A stretch of 64,000 nucleotides of DNA from Amphiscolops sp. MND2022 (lineage: Eukaryota): the NCBI GenBank assembly GCA_964187785.1, contig OZ076409.1, positions 87,360,001-87,424,000 on the forward strand, read 5' to 3'. The notes under the pieces are model-generated. The model had not been told where the DNA came from and made no database searches. It saw only the letters and a program-made list of their open reading frames with translations. The position numbers were made by a program, and so were the translations under genes. Shown piece by piece: positions 61,520 to 64,000 of this stretch. Position 1 is the stretch's first letter; every line of letters begins with the position of its first letter.

Positions 61520-64000
61520 GAGATGTTCAACACGGTTGCGGCGTAGGCGGTTATTGAGGCGTCACAAAAGACGTGAAATTGTAGAGGTTCTTCTTTGAAA
61601 GGCGTATTCTTATCCAGAACGCACCTTGGAATCTGGACTTCTTCGATTGACTGGAGATGCTGACGGTGGTACTGGTACTGTTGCAACAAATTATGATTGA
61701 CTGGGTCATCCCAGCTCAATTGATCCAACCAAAGTGCTCGGATAAAAGACTTCAATTGAATGACACTTGGCGAGAGGAGACCCAAGGGGTCAAAGATGCG
61801 AGTGACTTCGGATAGAATTTGTCGTTTGGTTTGCGGGGATCCTTCTGATGGTTTGACGTTTTACGTGAAGATGTCGTGTTTTGGCTTCCAGACGACGCCA
61901 AGTGTATTGACACATTCTTCGGCTTCTATGTGCTTGGTGTCTGCTGTTTACCGATAGCTTTCGGTAAGGCGATCGACAAGTGAAATATCACTTGAGGAAA
62001 ACTTGCGAAGTTGGAAACCACCTGTAGCAAGATATTCGATGAGAACATCCTGTAATGTTTTGGCTTCCATCTGGGAGGAAGCTCCGGTTAATAGGTCGTC
62101 CACATACATGTCGAACTTTAGGGCGAAAGAGGCAGGGTGCTTGGTTGTCTCGGCTAGCTGTAAGAGGGGTCGTATGGCATGAAATCCGGCAGATGTCCAC
62201 CATAAGTCTTGCGGGTCGTGCGGTAATGTTTCAACGAAGATGACGGCGAATCCTTCCACAGCAGTCTGTGGAAGTCTTTATCTTTTTTATCGAGGGGTAT
62301 TTGGCGGAAATATTTGGCGAGATGGGCTGACAAAGCCACTTTGTGGAATCAGAATCTGATTAAGATGTCAAAAACATCCTTTTGGATTTTTGGACCGAGC
62401 ATCAGAGTATCATTGAGTGACACTCCGGATGTTTTTTTCGCCGAAGCGTCGAAAACTACACGAAGCTTTGTTGTGGTGCTTGATTCCTTCAGGACGCAGT
62501 GGTGAGGCAGGCAGAAGCTTTTGTTGGATTCGTTGGGGTTTCGGAGTCCGGGATCTTCTCCATGTGTACCAGATCCAGGAACTCTTTGATGAAGGCTGCG
62601 TATGTGGCGTAGAGACTTTTACCTCTAATAAATTGGCGGAAAAGTGTGTCTGTCGAGGCGGCGTTTCGCTTGTTGGAAGGAATCACCGAGAGGTGCGGTG
62701 TTTTCTTTGAAGGGTATTTTGACTATGAACTGTCCGTCTTGATTACGTTTGGTCGTTCTTTGGAAGTGTTCTTCACAGGCTTGTTCTTCTTTGGTGAAGT
62801 GGCGACTATGCGGAAGCTCGTCTATCTCCCGAAATTTCTTCAAGGTATCTTCTGGGATTACCTTCCTTGAGCTGAAGCATGTTGTGAGCGATTGAATCGG
62901 CACTGAAGGCGAACCTCCAAAAACAACCCAACCGAACAAAGAATTACGGTGGGTGATGTTGTTGTTTTCCTTGATGGGGGCATCCAACATGATTGTTTCG
63001 TACAGCTCTGCTGCAAGAATGAGGTCAATTCCTGATGGTGCATTGAATGTCGGATCGGCAAGTCTGAGGTTTGGGAGATGCTTCCAAGAAGTTGTTGACG
63101 CTTGACATTACAAAGGCTCGCACTGGCATGGCTGTCTCGTTCTTCGGCGTGAGGAGGAAATCAGTTGTTCCTTGATGATGTAGCTCATCCTTGGCGCCCA
63201 GACCAAATATTCGCAGTTGATGTTTTCGAAGCGGTAGACCTAGTCGCTTGAATAGATTATCAGTGATCAGGTTGCTTTGTGAACCTGAATCTAAAAGTGC
63301 TCGGCAATAGGTGATTTGAATGCCAAGATGGAAATCATTGCTGTTTGCAGGAACATGTTTCCAGTTTTTTGTAGAGAAATTGGGGTGGCGATGATTTGAT
63401 TTTCTTGGGGCGACGGCGTTGTGGCTACAAAATCTTCTTCAGCGGCGATCTTCGGGTTGTTGTCTTCAACTGTGTTGTTGACGGATCTAGTTGGTCGAGA
63501 TGATTACAGTTGAAGAAGTGTATGATGCTTCAAATTCCATTGATGGCAGGTTGTTCCTCTTCAGTGTTGTTGTCGATGACCTGCTTTCAATCAACTGAAG
63601 CAGAGTTTTTTCAACTTGTCAAATTCCGCTCGATTAGGAACAGGGAGATGTTGGAACGTCGGGCAGCGATATAGCTTGTGAGTGCCATTGCAACACTCGC
63701 ATTTGACTTTGTAGCTGCGTTGTGATGATTGTGAAGGCTGACTGTTCTGACGAGTTGTAAAGCAGGGTTGTGTTGGAGTTGAAGTTGGCGGTGTTGAGAT
63801 AGTAGCTGCTTCCAATGCCTGGCATCTGGCATCAAGAAATTTCTTGAGATCGTGGTAGGTCTGAGGTTCTGTTCCAGGAGTTGAATGTTCATGCATGAGA
63901 TATACCAGAAAAACGTCTCGTTGATTGACTGGTTGCCCCATATTTTCCAGGGCTAGGCGGTGTTCTTCTACTGTTTCCAAAAGGCGTCGAAGATCTTTGG
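61520..64000 (-). mobile_element. Degenerate BEL/Pao LTR retrotransposon (gag knuckles, protease, RT, RNase H); continues beyond the right edge
   Basis: CECCNGTHKLYRC and KHHTLL gag knuckles, RALLDSGSQ, RVVFDAS, MYVDDLLTG, FDPLGLLSP, LSWDDP, FHVFCDASITAYAA. Confidence 0.93.

Noticed and set aside
1..64000. Species assignment (repeat style reminded me of acoel flatworm genomes)
   Set aside because: Impression only; cannot be established without a database search.

Overview
AT-rich eukaryotic (invertebrate animal-like) genomic DNA: spliceosomal GT-AG genes embedded in dense transposon debris, with no prokaryotic features. Two host genes can be assembled by hand. (1) The 5' part of a long-chain acyl-CoA synthetase (ACSL3/4-like, minus strand, four exons 7883->668, running off the left edge). 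Its first coding exon lies inside a near-identical 6012-bp tandem duplication (4874-16899). (2) A complete six-exon, 353-aa rhodopsin-class GPCR of the melatonin-receptor-like type (plus strand, 30665-57048; NRY motif, NPxxY replaced by NFIVL). The rest is LINE relics (PHD+CCHC ORF1/APE LINE, CR1/L2-like, RTE-like, RLE-type), two Gypsy elements, a BEL/Pao element, a tRNA-derived SINE and several MITE families. The most unusual object is the Gypsy element in GPCR intron 4 (~38737-50374). Between pol and the 3' LTR it carries ~7.7 kb of cargo: an antisense, six-exon spliced gene for a ~1,100-aa zinc-finger protein, a divergently oriented second accessory ORF, and three related ~33/65-bp repeat arrays. 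Its LTR also contains an ORF that reads out through the LTR end. Two CCC...GGG elements with 2-bp TSDs and different interiors look like Pack-type transposons, one holding a probable captured receptor-tail exon. All assignments come from reading the sequence and motif recognition; no database search was run.
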